Source of the DNA: Eutreptiella sp. 'Long Island Sound 2002'
Lineage: Eukaryota; Protista; Euglenida
DNA: 64,000 nucleotides
Direction: 5' to 3'
Assembly: GCA_964036045.1 (NCBI GenBank)
Contig: OZ038378.1
Coordinates: 20,894,001 to 20,958,000, forward strand
In this document: positions 23,001 through 35,986 of the stretch, one piece after another
How positions within the stretch are numbered: the stretch's first letter is position 1
Layout of the letters: the number at the start of each line of letters is the position of its first letter
Program-made: the position numbers and the translations under genes
Notes under the pieces: model-generated
Told to the model about the DNA's origin: nothing
Databases searched by the model: none
Seen by the model: the letters and a program-made list of their open reading frames with translations, nothing else

Positions 23001-26000
23001 TCGATGGGGCAGACCTCCGTCGGGTGCAGCTGCGTCAGGGGCGGCACGCGCACAGTTCAGCGGGTTTCGTAGCACCGACCCCTCTGCCGGGCTCTCTAAG
23101 CGGGAGTGCGGCCTCGTGGCACTGAGAGGGCGGCCGGTGGAGCCGGGACGGGCCGCGGGCTCGATCGGCAGCAGCGGGAGGGGCCCGTCCCGACTGGGGC
23201 CGTCAGCAGCCGCGCCTTCGGACTGCAACCGGAGCTGTGCCGTCGGTGTCCCTGGGAGCGTGGCCTGATGCACGGGCACTGGAGCGGGCACGGGGCTGCG
23301 GTGGGGGAGGTCAGGGGGGGCCGCAGCACCGCGCTCCTCGCTGCGGGCCAGCAACGCAGAGACATCGAGACTGATGCCACGGGCCGTGCCGCGGGCGTCT
23401 GTGGCCCATGCGAGTGACCCAGATCGCTTGAGGTCTGAGTGGGCGGGAGCGACTGAGCCTCTGCCCCGCGGTCGAGAGGCTGGACAGAGAGACTTCCCCC
23501 CCAATTGAGGCGCGCTTTGCGTCTGCTTCAGCTCCTCACTCAACTCCTGCTGGGCGCGGGCGCGCACGCGGCGCCGGCGTCGCGGGATCCCGATGTCGCC
23601 GCTGTCAACGGGCGGTTCCGCGGACGGCAGTGAAGAAGCAACGGCGGGGCTGGCGAAGTGCGGCTGCGCCGGGACCTGCGGATCCTCCTCCAGCCACACC
23701 GGCGCGCGTTGGGGATCAGACACAGCCCCGGCCGGCAGCACTGCCCCGGCGGGACTCAGAGCAGACACGGGGCCGTCGGGGGCAGTAGTCGGAGACGGCG
23801 GCAGTGGCGTCCCGGCCCTCGCCTCAGCCGATGGCGGAGTGGGAACGCCGCGATGTAAAGGACTGCCGTCGGGGCGGGACGTGGGCGTGGCCAGTGACCG
23901 GGGGCTCAGTGAGCCCGAGCTGGCCAGAGCGTCCCCAGCAGGCGACTGCGGGGGCGGGCACGCGGCAGCGGGGCTGTCCGCCGCTGCGCATCGCAGAGCG
24001 TCTTGCTCTACGCGCCTCGTGTCCGGCGTGTGCGGCGGCACAGACTCCTCTGCGGAGGTGGGGGGCCTGCCCGCGGCTCCGGGGGATTCCATGGGGGCCG
24101 GCGAAGGAGGGCCATGGGAGGCGCTGCTGTCGTCCCCTGCCCTCGGGATGGGGCCGAGATCGCGCAACACCGGGGCCGCCTGATCCGGCGGCGCTGCGGA
24201 GGCCGTCCGGCCCGATGGCGACGGCAATGCGGAGGCGCTGTGGACCGGCACGGGCCCTTCCGAGGGCATCCTCTGGGCGGCCGAGTGCCGAGTCCGTTGC
24301 GGGATCCCGATGTCCACATCCCCGGCGGACAACGCCGGGGGCGGGGCATGGTCCCCCGGGTCAAGGGACTGCTGCTGAGAGGAGGCATCAGACTCTCTGT
24401 GCACTGGAGATGGGGCACCGGGGCTTTGGGGCGTGGGTGCGGCGCTGCTGAACAGCGTTAGGCTCTGGGGCGACATGGGACGGTCGGGAACGCGGCGCAC
24501 GATCCCAATGCCCACGTCCCCAATGGCCAACGTCACGGGCGAAGCTGGGGTCGGGGCATCGGAGGTGACGTCCACGGACTGAACTTCGGGACAACGACCC
24601 AATGGGTTGCGCGGCGCCGGCCTGCGAAGGGGGTTGGGGGGCACTGCACCCGCAGCAGGACTCTGCGCAGCACTACGGCCGTCCAGGGCGGGGCCGGTGT
24701 CCAATAGCGCACGCGACGAAGGCGGCGGCGGCATGGCGACGCTTCCATCGCGGTGGGACGTGGGCCGTTGGGCGGAGGGAGGGGCCCGGTGGCGGCTCGT
24801 GACACTGAGAGGGCTGCCGCTGGAGCCCGGGCTCGTCACCGGGTCCTCCACGGGCATCAGCTGGGGTGGCCGCGCCCGACGGGGCGCGGGGGCGGCGGTG
24901 GCTTCGGGGATACCCCGTGCCCCGGACTGCATGCCCGAGTGCACGGCCTCGGCCTCACTCGCGGGCTCCGTGCGCCGCGTCTCCGCGATGGCAGGCGGTT
25001 GCTGAAGGAGCGAGGGGCCTGGGGCATCGGGGGCCCTGCCCCCGTCCGCCACGGCGCCCGCCGTGGCCCCCTCGGGAGGGACCTGCGAGGGCCCGCTTGC
25101 CACGGTCCCCAGCACGGGCTCAATGGGGGGCGAGGGTGACTGCACCAGCGGCAGCACATCGCCGAGGTCAGCCATGCCCTTCTGGAGCGCGTTGAGGAGG
25201 TCCAGGGACGTCTTGGCCTCGTCCGCCGGCTCCTCTTCCTCCAGCACGACTTCCACCGGCTGCGACTTCCGCCGCCGGCGCGCGGCGCGGCGCCAGCCCA
25301 AGGCCAGGCACAGCAGCAGCGCGCCGCACGTGCAGCCGGCGATGAGGGGAATGCTGACCGCCGGACTGAACAGGTCCACCGCCGCGGCACCGGTCACGGG
25401 CCCGGCGGGCACCGTCCGCGGCGATGCCGACGGTATCAGCGGCGCCGAGTCCTTCGGGGACGCGGCCGCGCCCGCGGCGATCACGAAGGACACCAGCCTC
25501 TCCCACCGGAGGGGGCCCCAGGGGCCGAAGCGATAGCACAGCGACCACGGCCCCGCCGCCAGCGCCTGCGAGACGTTCAGGTCCAGCGCGGTGAAGCCGG
25601 TGTACCGCTCCGCAGCCCAGCGCCGCGGTGCGGCCGGGGCGTCGCCCTCCGCGCCGCCGGGGCAGGCACCGGCGTCGGGGACGAGCGCCAACCGATCGGC
25701 CGCGGAGAGCGTGAACCCGGTGACGTGCAGCAGGAACGGGTCGCCGGGGGTGGGGCTGGGGTACGGCTGCCGGGACCCCATGCGAAGCGGCTCCGCGTCC
25801 ATCGGCCCGTGCACGATCAGGGGCTGTGGCAGCGCGTGCCACACGCCGCCCTGGCGGTAGCAGATGGCGTACGCCCCCGACCGGGACGGGGCGACCACCT
25901 CCAGGCCCTCGATGCGGCACGCGGACTTGCGGGCGTCGCCGAAGGGCCGCGGGGTGGCCGTCCCGGCACCCGCGGCCGCGGCGCAGGCCGCGGTCGAGGG

Positions 26001-29000
26001 CTGGTAGCGGCCGGTCAAATTCGGGTTGCGACGCGTGTAGAAGGGCTGCAAGCGGTGCAGGCCCATGTCGGAGCACGGCGAAGTGCGGGTTGGGGTTGGG
26101 GTGGGTGTGAACGAGGCCGTGGGCGGTGGGGTCGCTGCGGTGCCGGTGCTCCCGTCGCTGCCGGGCGTCGGCGTGACGGACCGCGTGTTCGGCCCCGCGC
26201 GACGCTGCGGCGCACTGCTGCTTGCGACTGACGCGGCGATGACCAACAGGAAGAAAGCGTCGGAGGAGGTGACCGGCGCTGCGAAATAGACCGCGTGGAA
26301 ATCGAGCAGGAATGGCTGCAATCCAAAGGGGGCGGCCGGGGTGGCAGTGAATGCGAAGACGTCACCGAGCGACACCGTTGCAGTGGCTTCCATGGGCTGG
26401 CTCAGCGTGTCAGTGAGGGTGTCCGTCAGGTTGTCTGTGGAGAGCGGGGCGGTGGCCATGGTCCACAGCGGGGGGGCTAGGGTGGCATCGGCGGTGCTTC
26501 TCTTGGGCGGCGGCTGGGTCAAGGTGAAGGTGGCATCGGGCGTGGGCGTGAGGGTGGGGGTAGAGGAGTACAGAGTAGTGAGGGTGAGATGGAACGTAGG
26601 GGTGAGGCTTGGGGTGGGGGAAGGGCATGTCGTGGGTGTTGGCGTCTTCGTGGGAAGGCACGACGCAGTGATCGCCAGCGAGGGCGTCGGACTCGGCGTG
26701 GGGGAAAGGGTGGGCAGTGGGGAGGGGGTGGCAGTGGCGCTTACGGTCGGGATCGGGCTGGCAGTGCCGGTGCCCGTCTCAGTGGTGGTGCGAGTGCTGC
26801 CAACGGACTGGCTCGCACTGGACGACGCAGTGGCAGAAACCGTAACTGTGTGAAGTATTGTGCTGCTGCTGGTCGGCGAAGCAGTCCGTGAGGTGGTGGA
26901 TGTCAGTGTGGTTGTATCTGTATGCGTGGCTGTGGCAGTCTGCTGCAACGTCGCGCTTCCCGTCGACGACCGTGATGGTGTGCAGGTCACCGGGCTGCTT
27001 ACCGTCGGGCTCAGGCTCTCCGTACGACTGCCACTCGGCGTAGGTGTGACGTACGGGGTGGGTGTATTCGTTGCAGTGCATGAAGCGGTGTCGCTGGTTG
27101 TACCACTTGCAGTGCCCGAACCGGTGACACTGTCACTGGACGTAAGACTGGGCACTGCTGTGCCTGATGGCGTCCTTGATGGTTGGCATGATGGTGTGAT
27201 CGTGTGTGAAGGCGTTGCGCTCACCATTGGGGACGCAGAGCACGATGCGGACGTCGTGGAGGTGACGATGGGGCTGGGACTCACGCTTGCAGTGAAGGTA
27301 GCAGTGCTGCTGTCAGTGCCACTGGGACTGCTGGAAACCATTGCCGTGCCGGTGACTGTGACAAGGTGCGTTGTGGTACCACTGACACTTCGTGTTCCTG
27401 TACACGAGCTGGTGGGCGTTGGGGGGCGTGTGACTGTGTGCGTGGCTGTTGCAGTCTGCTGAAACGTCGCGCTCCCAGTCGAAGTCCGTGATGGGGTGCA
27501 GGTCACCGGGCTGGTGACCGTCGGGCTCAGGCTCTCCGTACAACTGCCACTGGGTGTGGGTGTAATGGATGGTGTGAATGTGCTCGCTGCAGTGGACGAT
27601 GTCGTGTGACTGGCTGTATGCCTTGCCGTGTATGACGCTGTGGACGTTTGAGTGGACGTCAGGATGGTAGTTGTCGTAACTGATGGCGTCGTTGATGGAT
27701 TGCAAGATGGCGTGGTGGTGTGCGACTGCGTCGCACTGAGCATTGGGGAGGAAGTGCACGATAAAGTTGTCGTGGAGGTGACGATGGTGCTGGGACTGGG
27801 GCTGGTAGTGCATGTGCCAGCGCTGCTAACAGTGCTGGTTGCAGTAGGGCTCACTGTCTGTGTTGGAATTACGGTCCGTGTTCCCGTGAGGGTGCCCATC
27901 TGCGATGCTGTGGAGCTGGCACTTTGCGATACGCTGCAGCAGGGAGAACATGTGCTGGTGTGTGACCAGGTACGCGAGACTGTGGCAGTCTGCTGCAACG
28001 TCGCGCTTCCCGTCGACGACCGTGATGGTGTGCAGGTCACCGGGCTGCTTACCGTCGGGCTCAGGCTCTCCGTACGACTGCCACTCGGCGTAGGTGTGAC
28101 GTACGGGGTGGGTGTATTCGTTGCAGTGCATGAAGCGGTGTCGCTGGTTGTACCACTTGCAGTGCCCGAACCGGTGACACTGTCACTGGACGTAAGACTG
28201 GGCACTGCTGTGCCTGATGGCGTCCTTGATGGTTGGCATGATGGTGTGATCGTGTGTGAAGGCGTTGCGCTCACCATTGGGGACGCAGAGCACGATGCGG
28301 ACGTCGTGGAGGTGACGATGGGGCTGGGACTCACGCTTGCAGTGAAGGTAGCAGTGCCACTGGGACTGCTGGAGACCGTGGGCCTTCGACTCTGCGTTGC
28401 CGTACCACTGGACGTGACAAGGTGCGTTGTGGTACCACTGACACTTCGTGTTCCGGTGCACGAGCTGGTGGGCGTTGCGGGGCATGTGACTGTGTGCGTG
28501 GCTGTGGCAGTCTGCTGCGACGTGGGAGTTTCCGTCGACGTCCCTGATGGTGTGCGGCTCACTGACATGGTCACCGTGTGCGTACCACGGGGTGTGCGTG
28601 TGACGGATGGTGTCAATGAGCTGGTTGCCGTGCTTGATCCAGTGTGACTGAATGTACCACTCAACGTGCAGGAGATGGTACCCGTGCCACTTGATGTCAA
28701 ACTTGGAGGTGATGTGGCTGATGGCGTGGGTGTGGCTGTTGCCGTCGGACTTGGGATTGTGCTTGGACTTTCTGTGGGACTGACTGTGCACGTGATCGAT
28801 GACGTTGGCGGTGGTGTGCAGGTCACGGTACTGGTCGGAGATGGCGATGCAGAGGCCGTTGGGCTTAGGGTTGTCGAGGGAGATACCGTCGGTGATGACG
28901 TGGGTGATGCGGTGGAAGAGCACGTCAGCGAGGGCGTGGGGCTGCTCGTCAAAGATGCAGAGGGCGTTGATGATGGGCTCAGCGTCAGGCTCGATGTTGG

Positions 29001-32000
29001 GCTCAACGTTGCAATCGCTGTTCGGGACGGGGATGGGGTCGAGGTCGGCGATGCGGTCTGCGTTGGCGTTGCCGTGGGGCTTCCCGTTGATGTTGCCGTC
29101 TGACTTGGGGTCTCCGTTGGACTCCCACTGGGCGTCGATGAGGGACTTGGGCTCGCCGTCACGGTTGTAGTTGATGTCACCGATCCAGTTACACTGGGGC
29201 TTGCCGTGTCGCTGGGCGTCACGGTGGGAGTCACCGTCTGCGTCGGGGTCAGGGTTGGGCTTTGCGTGGGGCTTGCGGTGCACGTCACCGATGAAGTCGG
29301 AGGTAATGTGCAAGTGCTGGTACATGATGAAGATGGAGTTGCTGATGGGGTTGCCGTTGGGGTGGGCGATGGTGTAGTGGTCAGCGTAGTGGTCGGCGTA
29401 GTGCTGGGCGTTGCGCTTGGCGATGAGGTTGGGGATAGTGTTGGGCTGGGCGAGGGGCTTGCCGTCTGAGTAAGGCTGGGGCTTGACGTGGGAGTGGACG
29501 TGGGACTGGATGTGGGGCTGCCACTCGGGGTAACGGTCGGGGTGGACGTCAGGGATAACGTCGGAGATGGACTGGGTGTGGCTGTTGGGGTGGCTGTTGG
29601 TGTTAAGGTCGGAGTTAGGGTCACGGTTGCGCTTTGTGTAGGGCTTGTTGTGCAGGTGACCGATGCCGTGGGGGGTGGCGTAGCTGTCCCACTGCAAGAC
29701 GGAGATGGCGACACAGAGGCTGTCGGGGTTGGTGTCGGGGTACCAGATGCCGTTGGGGATCGAGTTGGTGATTGCGTTAGGGATGAAGTGAAGGATGGCG
29801 TAGCGGTGCTGGTAAAGGATGGTGATGGAGACGGAGATGCCGTGATGGTTGACGTGGTCGTTGTGCTTCTCGTTGGCGTTGCACTCGAGGAGGCCGTTGG
29901 CGTTGGTGACTGGGATGGCGTTTGAGATATGGTTGGTGTGGGCGTCTGGCTTGCTGTGTGTGTTGGCGATGGGCTCAGGCTGCTGGTTGAGCTGGGTGTC
30001 GTCGAGGGACTCAGGCTGGAGGTAGAAGTGACGGAGGGGGTTGCCGATGGCGTCATGGAGGGACTTCCTGATGCCGTTGGCGTGGGTGTAGCTGTTGCCG
30101 TCGGACTTGATGTTGTGCTTGGACTTTCTGTGGGACTGACTGTGCACGTGATCGATGACGTTGGCGGTGGTGTGCAGGTCACGGTACTGGTCGGAGATGG
30201 CGATGCAGAGGCCGTTGGGCTTAGGGTTGTCGAGGGAGATACCGTCGGTGATGACGTGGGTGATGCGGTGGAAGAGCACGTCAGCGAGGGCGTGGGGCTG
30301 CTCGTCAAAGATGCAGAGGGCGTTGATGATGGGCTCAGCGTCAAGCTCGATGTTGGGCTCAACGTTGCAATCGCTGTTCGGGACGGGGATGGGGTCGAGG
30401 TCGGCGATGCGGTCTGCGTTGGCGTTGCCGTGGGGCTTCCCGTTGATGTTGCCGTCTGACTTGGGGTCTCCGTTGGACTCCCACTGGGCGTCGATGAGGG
30501 ACTTGGGCTCGCCGTCACGGTTGTAGTTGATGTCACCGATCCAGTTACAGTGGGGCTTGCCGTGTCGCTGGGCGTCACGGTGGGAGTCACCGTCTGCGTC
30601 GGGGTCAGGGTTAGGCTTTGCGTGGGGCTTGCGGTGCACGTCACCGATGAAGTCGGAGGTAATGTGCAAGTGCTGGTACATGATGAAGATGGAGTTGCTG
30701 ATGGGGTTGCCGTTGGGGTGGGCGATGGTGTAGTGGTCAGCGTAGTGGTCGGCGTAGTGCTGGGCGTTGCGCTTGGCGATGAGGTTGGGGATAGTGTTGG
30801 GCTGGGCGAGGGGCTTGCCGTCTGAGTAAGGCTGGGGCTTGACGTGGGAGTGGACGTGGGACTGGATGTGGGGCTGTCACTCGGGGTAACGGTCGGGGTG
30901 GACGTCAGGGATAACGTCGGAGATGGACTGGGTGTGGCTGTTGGGGTGGCTGTTGGTGTTAAGGTCGGAGTTAGGGTCACGGTTGCGCTTTGTGTAGGGC
31001 TTGTTGTGCAGGTGACCGATGCCGTGGGGGGTGGCGTAGCTGTCCCACTGCAAGACGGAGATGGCGACACAGAGGCTGTCGGGGTTGGTGTCGGGGTACC
31101 AGATGCCGTTGGGGATCGAGTTGGTGATTGCGTTAGGGATGAAGTGAAGGATGGCGTAGCGGTGCTGGTAAAGGATGGTGATGGAGACGGAGATGCCGTG
31201 ATGGTTGACGTGGTCGTTGTGCTTCTCGTTGGCGTTGCACTCGAGGAGGCCGTTGGCGTTGGTGACTGGGATGGCGTTTGAGATATGGTTGGTGTGGGCG
31301 TCTGGCTTGCTGTGTGTGTTGGCGATGGGCTCAGGCTGCTGGTTGAGCTGGGTGTCGTCGAGGGACTCAGGCTGGAGGTAGAAGTGACGGAGGGGGTTGC
31401 CGATGGCGTCATGGAGGGACTTCCTGATGCCGTTGGCGTGGGTGTGGCTGTTGCCGTCGGACTTGATGTTGTGCTTGGACTTTCTGTGGGACTGACTGTG
31501 CACGTGATCGATGACGTTGGCGGTGGTGTGCAGGTCACGGTACTGGTCGGAGATGGCGATGCAGAGGCCGTTGGGCTTAGGGTTGTCGAGGGAGATACCG
31601 TCGGTGATGACGTGGGTGATGCGGTGGAAGAGCACGTCAGCGAGGGCGTGGGGCTGCTCGTCAAAGATGCAGAGGGCGTTGATGATGGGCTCAGCGTCAG
31701 GCTCGATGTTGGGCTCAACGTTGCAATCGCTGTTCGGGACGGGGATGGGGTCGAGGTCGGCGATGCGGTCTGCGTTGGCGTTGCCGTGGGGCTTCCCGTT
31801 GATGTTGCCGTCTGACTTGGGGTCTCCGTTGGACTCCCACTGGGCGTCGATGAGGGACTTGGGCTCGCCGTCACGGTTGTAGTTGATGTCACCGATCCAG
31901 TTACAGTGGGGCTTGCCGTGTCGCTGGGCGTCACGGTGGGAGTCACCGTCTGCGTCGGGGTCAGGGTTAGGCTTTGCGTGGGGCTTGCGGTGCACGTCAC

Positions 32001-35000
32001 CGATGAAGTCGGAGGTAATGTGCAAGTGCTGGTACATGATGAAGATGGAGTTGCTGATGGGGTTGCCGTTGGGGTGGGCGATGGTGTAGTGGTCAGCGTA
32101 GTGGTCGGCGTAGTGCTGGGCGTTGCGCTTGGCGATGAGGTTGGGGATAGTGTTGGGCTGGGCGAGGGGCTTGCCGTCTGAGTAAGGCTGGGGCTTGACG
32201 TGGGAGTGGACGTGGGACTGGATGTGGGGCTGTCACTCGGGGTAACGGTCGGGGTGGACGTCAGGGATAACGTCGGAGATGGACTGGGTGTGGCTGTTGG
32301 GGTGGCTGTTGGTGTTAAGGTCGGAGTTAGGGTCACGGTTGCGCTTTGTGTAGGGCTTGTTGTGCAGGTGACCGATGCCGTGGGGGGTGGCGTAGCTGTC
32401 CCACTGCAAGACGGAGATGGCGACACAGAGGCTGTCGGGGTTGGTGTCGGGGTACCAGATGCCGTTGGGGATCGAGTTGGTGATTGCGTTAGGGATGAAG
32501 TGAAGGATGGCGTAGCGGTGCTGGTAAAGGATGGTGATGGCGACGGAGATGCCGTGATGGTTGACGTGGTCGTTGTGCTTCTCGTTGGCGTTGCACTCGA
32601 GGAGGCCGTTGGCGTTGGTGACTGGGATGGCGTTTGAGATATGGTTGGTGTGGGCGTCTGGCTTGCTGTGTGTGTTGGCGATGGGCTCAGGCTGCTGGTT
32701 GAGCTGGGTGTCGTCGAGGGACTCAGGCTGGAGGTAGAAGTGACGGAGGGGGTTGCCGATGGCGTCATGGAGGGACTTCCTGATGCCGTTGGCGTGGGTG
32801 TGGCTGTTGCCGTCGGACTTGATGTTGTGCTTGGACTTTCTGTGGGACTGACTGTGCACGTGATCGATGACGTTGGCGGTGGTGTGCAGGTCACGGTACT
32901 GGTCGGAGATGGCGATGCAGAGGCCGTTGGGCTTAGGGTTGTCGAGGGAGATACCGTCGGTGATGACGTGGGTGATGCGGTGGAAGAGCACGTCAGCGAG
33001 GGCGTGGGGCTGCTCGTCAAAGATGCAGAGGGCGTTGATGATGGGCTCAGCGTCAAGCTCGATGTTGGGCTCAACGTTGCAATCGCTGTTCGGGACGGGG
33101 ATGGGGTCGAGGTCGGCGATGCGGTCTGCGTTGGCGTTGCCGTGGGGCTTCCCGTTGATGTTGCCGTCTGACTTGGGGTCTCCGTTGGACTCCCACTGGG
33201 CGTCGATGAGGGACTTGGGCTCGCCGTCACGGTTGTAGTTGATGTCACCGATCCAGTTACACTGGGGCTTGCCGTGTCGCTGGGCGTCACGGTGGGAGTC
33301 ACCGTCTGCGTCGGGGTCAGGGTTGGGCTTTGCGTGGGGCTTGCGGTGCACGTCACCGATGAAGTCGGAGGTAATGTGCAAGTGCTGGTACATGATGAAG
33401 ATGGAGTTGCTGATGGGGTTGCCGTTGGGGTGGGCGATGGTGTAGTGGTCAGCGTAGTGGTCGGCGTAGTGCTGGGCGTTGCGCTTGGCGATGAGGTTGG
33501 GGATAGTGTTGGGCTGGGCGAGGGGCTTGCCGTCTGAGTAAGGCTGGGGCTTGACGTGGGAGTGGACGTGGGACTGGATGTGGGGCTGTCACTCGGGGTA
33601 ACGGTCGGGGTGGACGTCAGGGATAACGTCGGAGATGGACTGGGTGTGGCTGTTGGGGTGGCTGTTGGTGTTAAGGTCGGAGTTAGGGTCACGGTTGCGC
33701 TTTGTGTAGGGCTTGTTGTGCAGGTGACCGATGCCGTGGGGGGTGGTGTTGCCGTCCCACTGCAAGACGGAGATGGCGACATGGAGGCCGTCGGGGTTGG
33801 TGTCGGGGTACCAGATGCCGTTGGGGATCGAGTTGGTGATTGCGTCAGGGATGAAGTGAAGGATGGCGTAGCGGTGCTGGTAAAGGATGGTGATGGAGAC
33901 GGAGATGCCGTGATGGTTGACGTGGTCGTTGTGCTTCTCGTTGGCGTTGCACTCGAGGAGGCCGTTGGCGTTGGTGACTGGGATGGCGTGCCACTTGACG
34001 TGGCAACGTTCGTGATGGTGCTGCTGATACTTCGTGTTGCTGTACACGAGCTGGTGGTACCTGCTGTGCTTGAAACGGTGTGCGTGGCTGTGGCAGTCTG
34101 CTGCAACGTCGCGCTCCCCGTGGCAGTCCGTGATGGGGTGCATGTCCCCCGGCCGCTCGCTGTACTGGTCGCGGTGGCCGGATGACTGGCACTGGGTGTG
34201 GGTGTAATGGATGGGGTGCGTGTGCATGTTGCACTGGCTGACCCAGTGTGGCCTGGCGTTGTGCTCATGGAGCACGAATGTGTAGCTGTGCTGCTCGCCG
34301 TCTGACTTGAAGGTGCTGTGGACGAAGGTGTACTTGTGATGGTTGCCCAACGTGTGCAGGTCGCACTGTCGGTCCCGTGGCTTGTGGCCGTGGCACTGTG
34401 TGTTGCTGTTGCCGATGCCATGTGTGTGCTCGTGGTGGTGTGTGTATCGCTGGCGGTGGATGCCACGGTAACAGTCAGCGTGGCGGTGCGGGTCTCTGTG
34501 GACCGCAGCGTGGCCGACAGTGTGTCCGTGTGTGTGAGAACGCTTGTGGAGGTCTGAACGGCGGTCACGGTGCTCGGGGGTGTCGCTGAGGGGGCGGGGC
34601 TGCGGGTTGCAGTGGGACTGCTCGTCGCCACGGGTGTGTGCGATGGGCTGCCAGACGATGTGGCCGACCGCGAGGACGTCCCGCTTCGGGTGATGGAGTG
34701 CGTGCGCGACTGCGTGGCAGTTGTAGTTCCCGCTGCGCTCCGCGTGCAGCTCGGGCTGCCGGTCGCTGTGCCCGTCGCAGTACAAGAGGGGCTGTGAGTG
34801 GCGGACCGGGTGAGGGTCCCGGTGCGGGTCGGCGACGAGGAGGCCGTGGGGGTGGGGGTGGCGCTGGGGGACGCGCGCGCAGTGGCGGTGTCGGACCCCG
34901 ACCGGGTGAGCAACGCGGTGGCCGAGGCGGTGGCGGTCGCGGTGTCAACGCCGGTCGGGACGGGAGACGGCGTGCGGGTGCCTGCGCTCGTGAACTTCCC

Positions 35001-35568
35001 CGTGGCGCTCGGCGTGGGCGTCGCCACGGCGGTGCCGGTGGCGGTGGGCGTGCCCGTGGGCACTGCGGTCAGCGTGGGGGTCACGGTGAAGGAGCAATTC
35101 CAGCCGTGGAACTCGGGGTCGCACGCGCACTGGAAGACCTGCGCGGTGCACTGCCCGTGCCCGCCGCACGTGCCCGCGGCGGTGCAGCACGTCCAGTACG
35201 TCCCCGGCCCGTCCCAGCACTGCTCTACACAGCCCGCCCCCAGGCACGGGCACATGGCGATGTCCTCGTCGCACGCCGTTCCCTTCCAGCCCCGCGCGCA
35301 CACGCAGACGGGGGCCCCGTCCGGCAGCCACCGGCACGCGCCCCCGTTGTGGCACGTGAGGGTACACGGGGGCTCCGGTTGGCACTGGGACCGCCCGCCC
35401 ACGTGCCCGGGACAGACGTGCCCAGCCTCGACTTCGCAGTCGGCGCTGCAGCCGTCACCGCCGACGCCGTTGCCGTCGTCGCAGCCCTCGTACGGGTGTC
35501 GGATGCCATTGCCGCACGTGGGCCCCGCGGCGCCTTCGGCGTACGTCAGCGTGAGACGGAAACCGTTC
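20088..35568 (-). CDS. Giant mucin-like type-I membrane protein, terminal exon (15,481 bp): Cys-rich repeat, 2 EGF, S/T/P stalk, two beta-rich modules, TM, disordered tail
   Basis: Uninterrupted frame. Acceptor gcgtttctcag| at 35569. CGNGIRHPYEGCDDGNGVGGDGCSADCEVE (Myxococcus-type Cys-rich repeat), EGF motifs CHNGGAC...CVCARGWKGTAC and CGGHGQC...CACDPEFHGWNC, TM IPLIAGCTCGALLLCLALGW followed by RRAARRRRK (~25290-25355). Confidence 0.92.
26925..28345. repeat. Near-identical ~370-bp internal duplication in the mucin exon (~26925-27300 and ~27975-28345)
   Basis: CTGTGGCAGTCTGCTGCAACGTCGCGCTTCCCGTCGACGACC... through GCAGTGAAGGTAGCAGTG is present twice about 1.05 kb apart. Confidence 0.85.
28720..33990. 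repeat. 1,356-bp (452-codon) tandem array, ~3.9 near-identical copies, within the mucin exon
   Basis: Identical shadow ORFs start at 29171, 30527, 31883 and 33239 (period 1356). Copies differ only by scattered substitutions. Confidence 0.95.
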
Positions 35569-35888
35569 CTGAGAAACGCGAAGGCAATGCATTTTGGGGG
35601 GCGTCGTGAACGGACCAAAAGAGGTACAGTGGCCCCATCGATGGACCACCTGTGGGTTGGTGGTAACCGATGCCCGTGGCGGGGCATCTTGCGGTGCCCG
35701 TGTAGGAGCAGTGCGGCCAGTGTAGGGGCAATTGGGGTTGTTGCAGAAATTCGATGGCCGCAGCTGCAAATATTGTGCTTTTGGAAGACAGGATTTGGCT
35801 GTCCACACACGCGGTCGACGCGACAAACAGGGCACTAGTCAAGGCAGCCTGAATGCACCAGATCTCGTCACGTGCAGTGTCAGCTGTC

Positions 35889-35955
35889 CACACACACACA
35901 CACACACACACACGCGCAGGCACGCAGGCACGCACGCATGCACACACACACACAC

Positions 35956-35985
<30 letters not shown>
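35889..35985. repeat. (CA)n/(CG) compound microsatellite in an intron
   Basis: Directly visible; similar (CA)n tracts at ~36410-36432 and ~39871-39908. Confidence 0.9.

Positions 35986-35986
<1 letters not shown>

Noticed and set aside
35569-35810. ORF-track N-terminus MCGQPNPVFQK... of the 5,240-aa ORF
   Set aside because: Lies upstream of the 35569 acceptor, so it is intronic; the true frame comes from the CUB exon.
20174-35838. Dozens of long overlapping ORFs on the + strand and alternative - frames (Val/Gly-rich, His/Asn-rich, Arg-rich)
   Set aside because: Shadows of the biased S/T/P and GC-rich codons of the giant exon; they repeat with the 1,356-bp period and have no domains.
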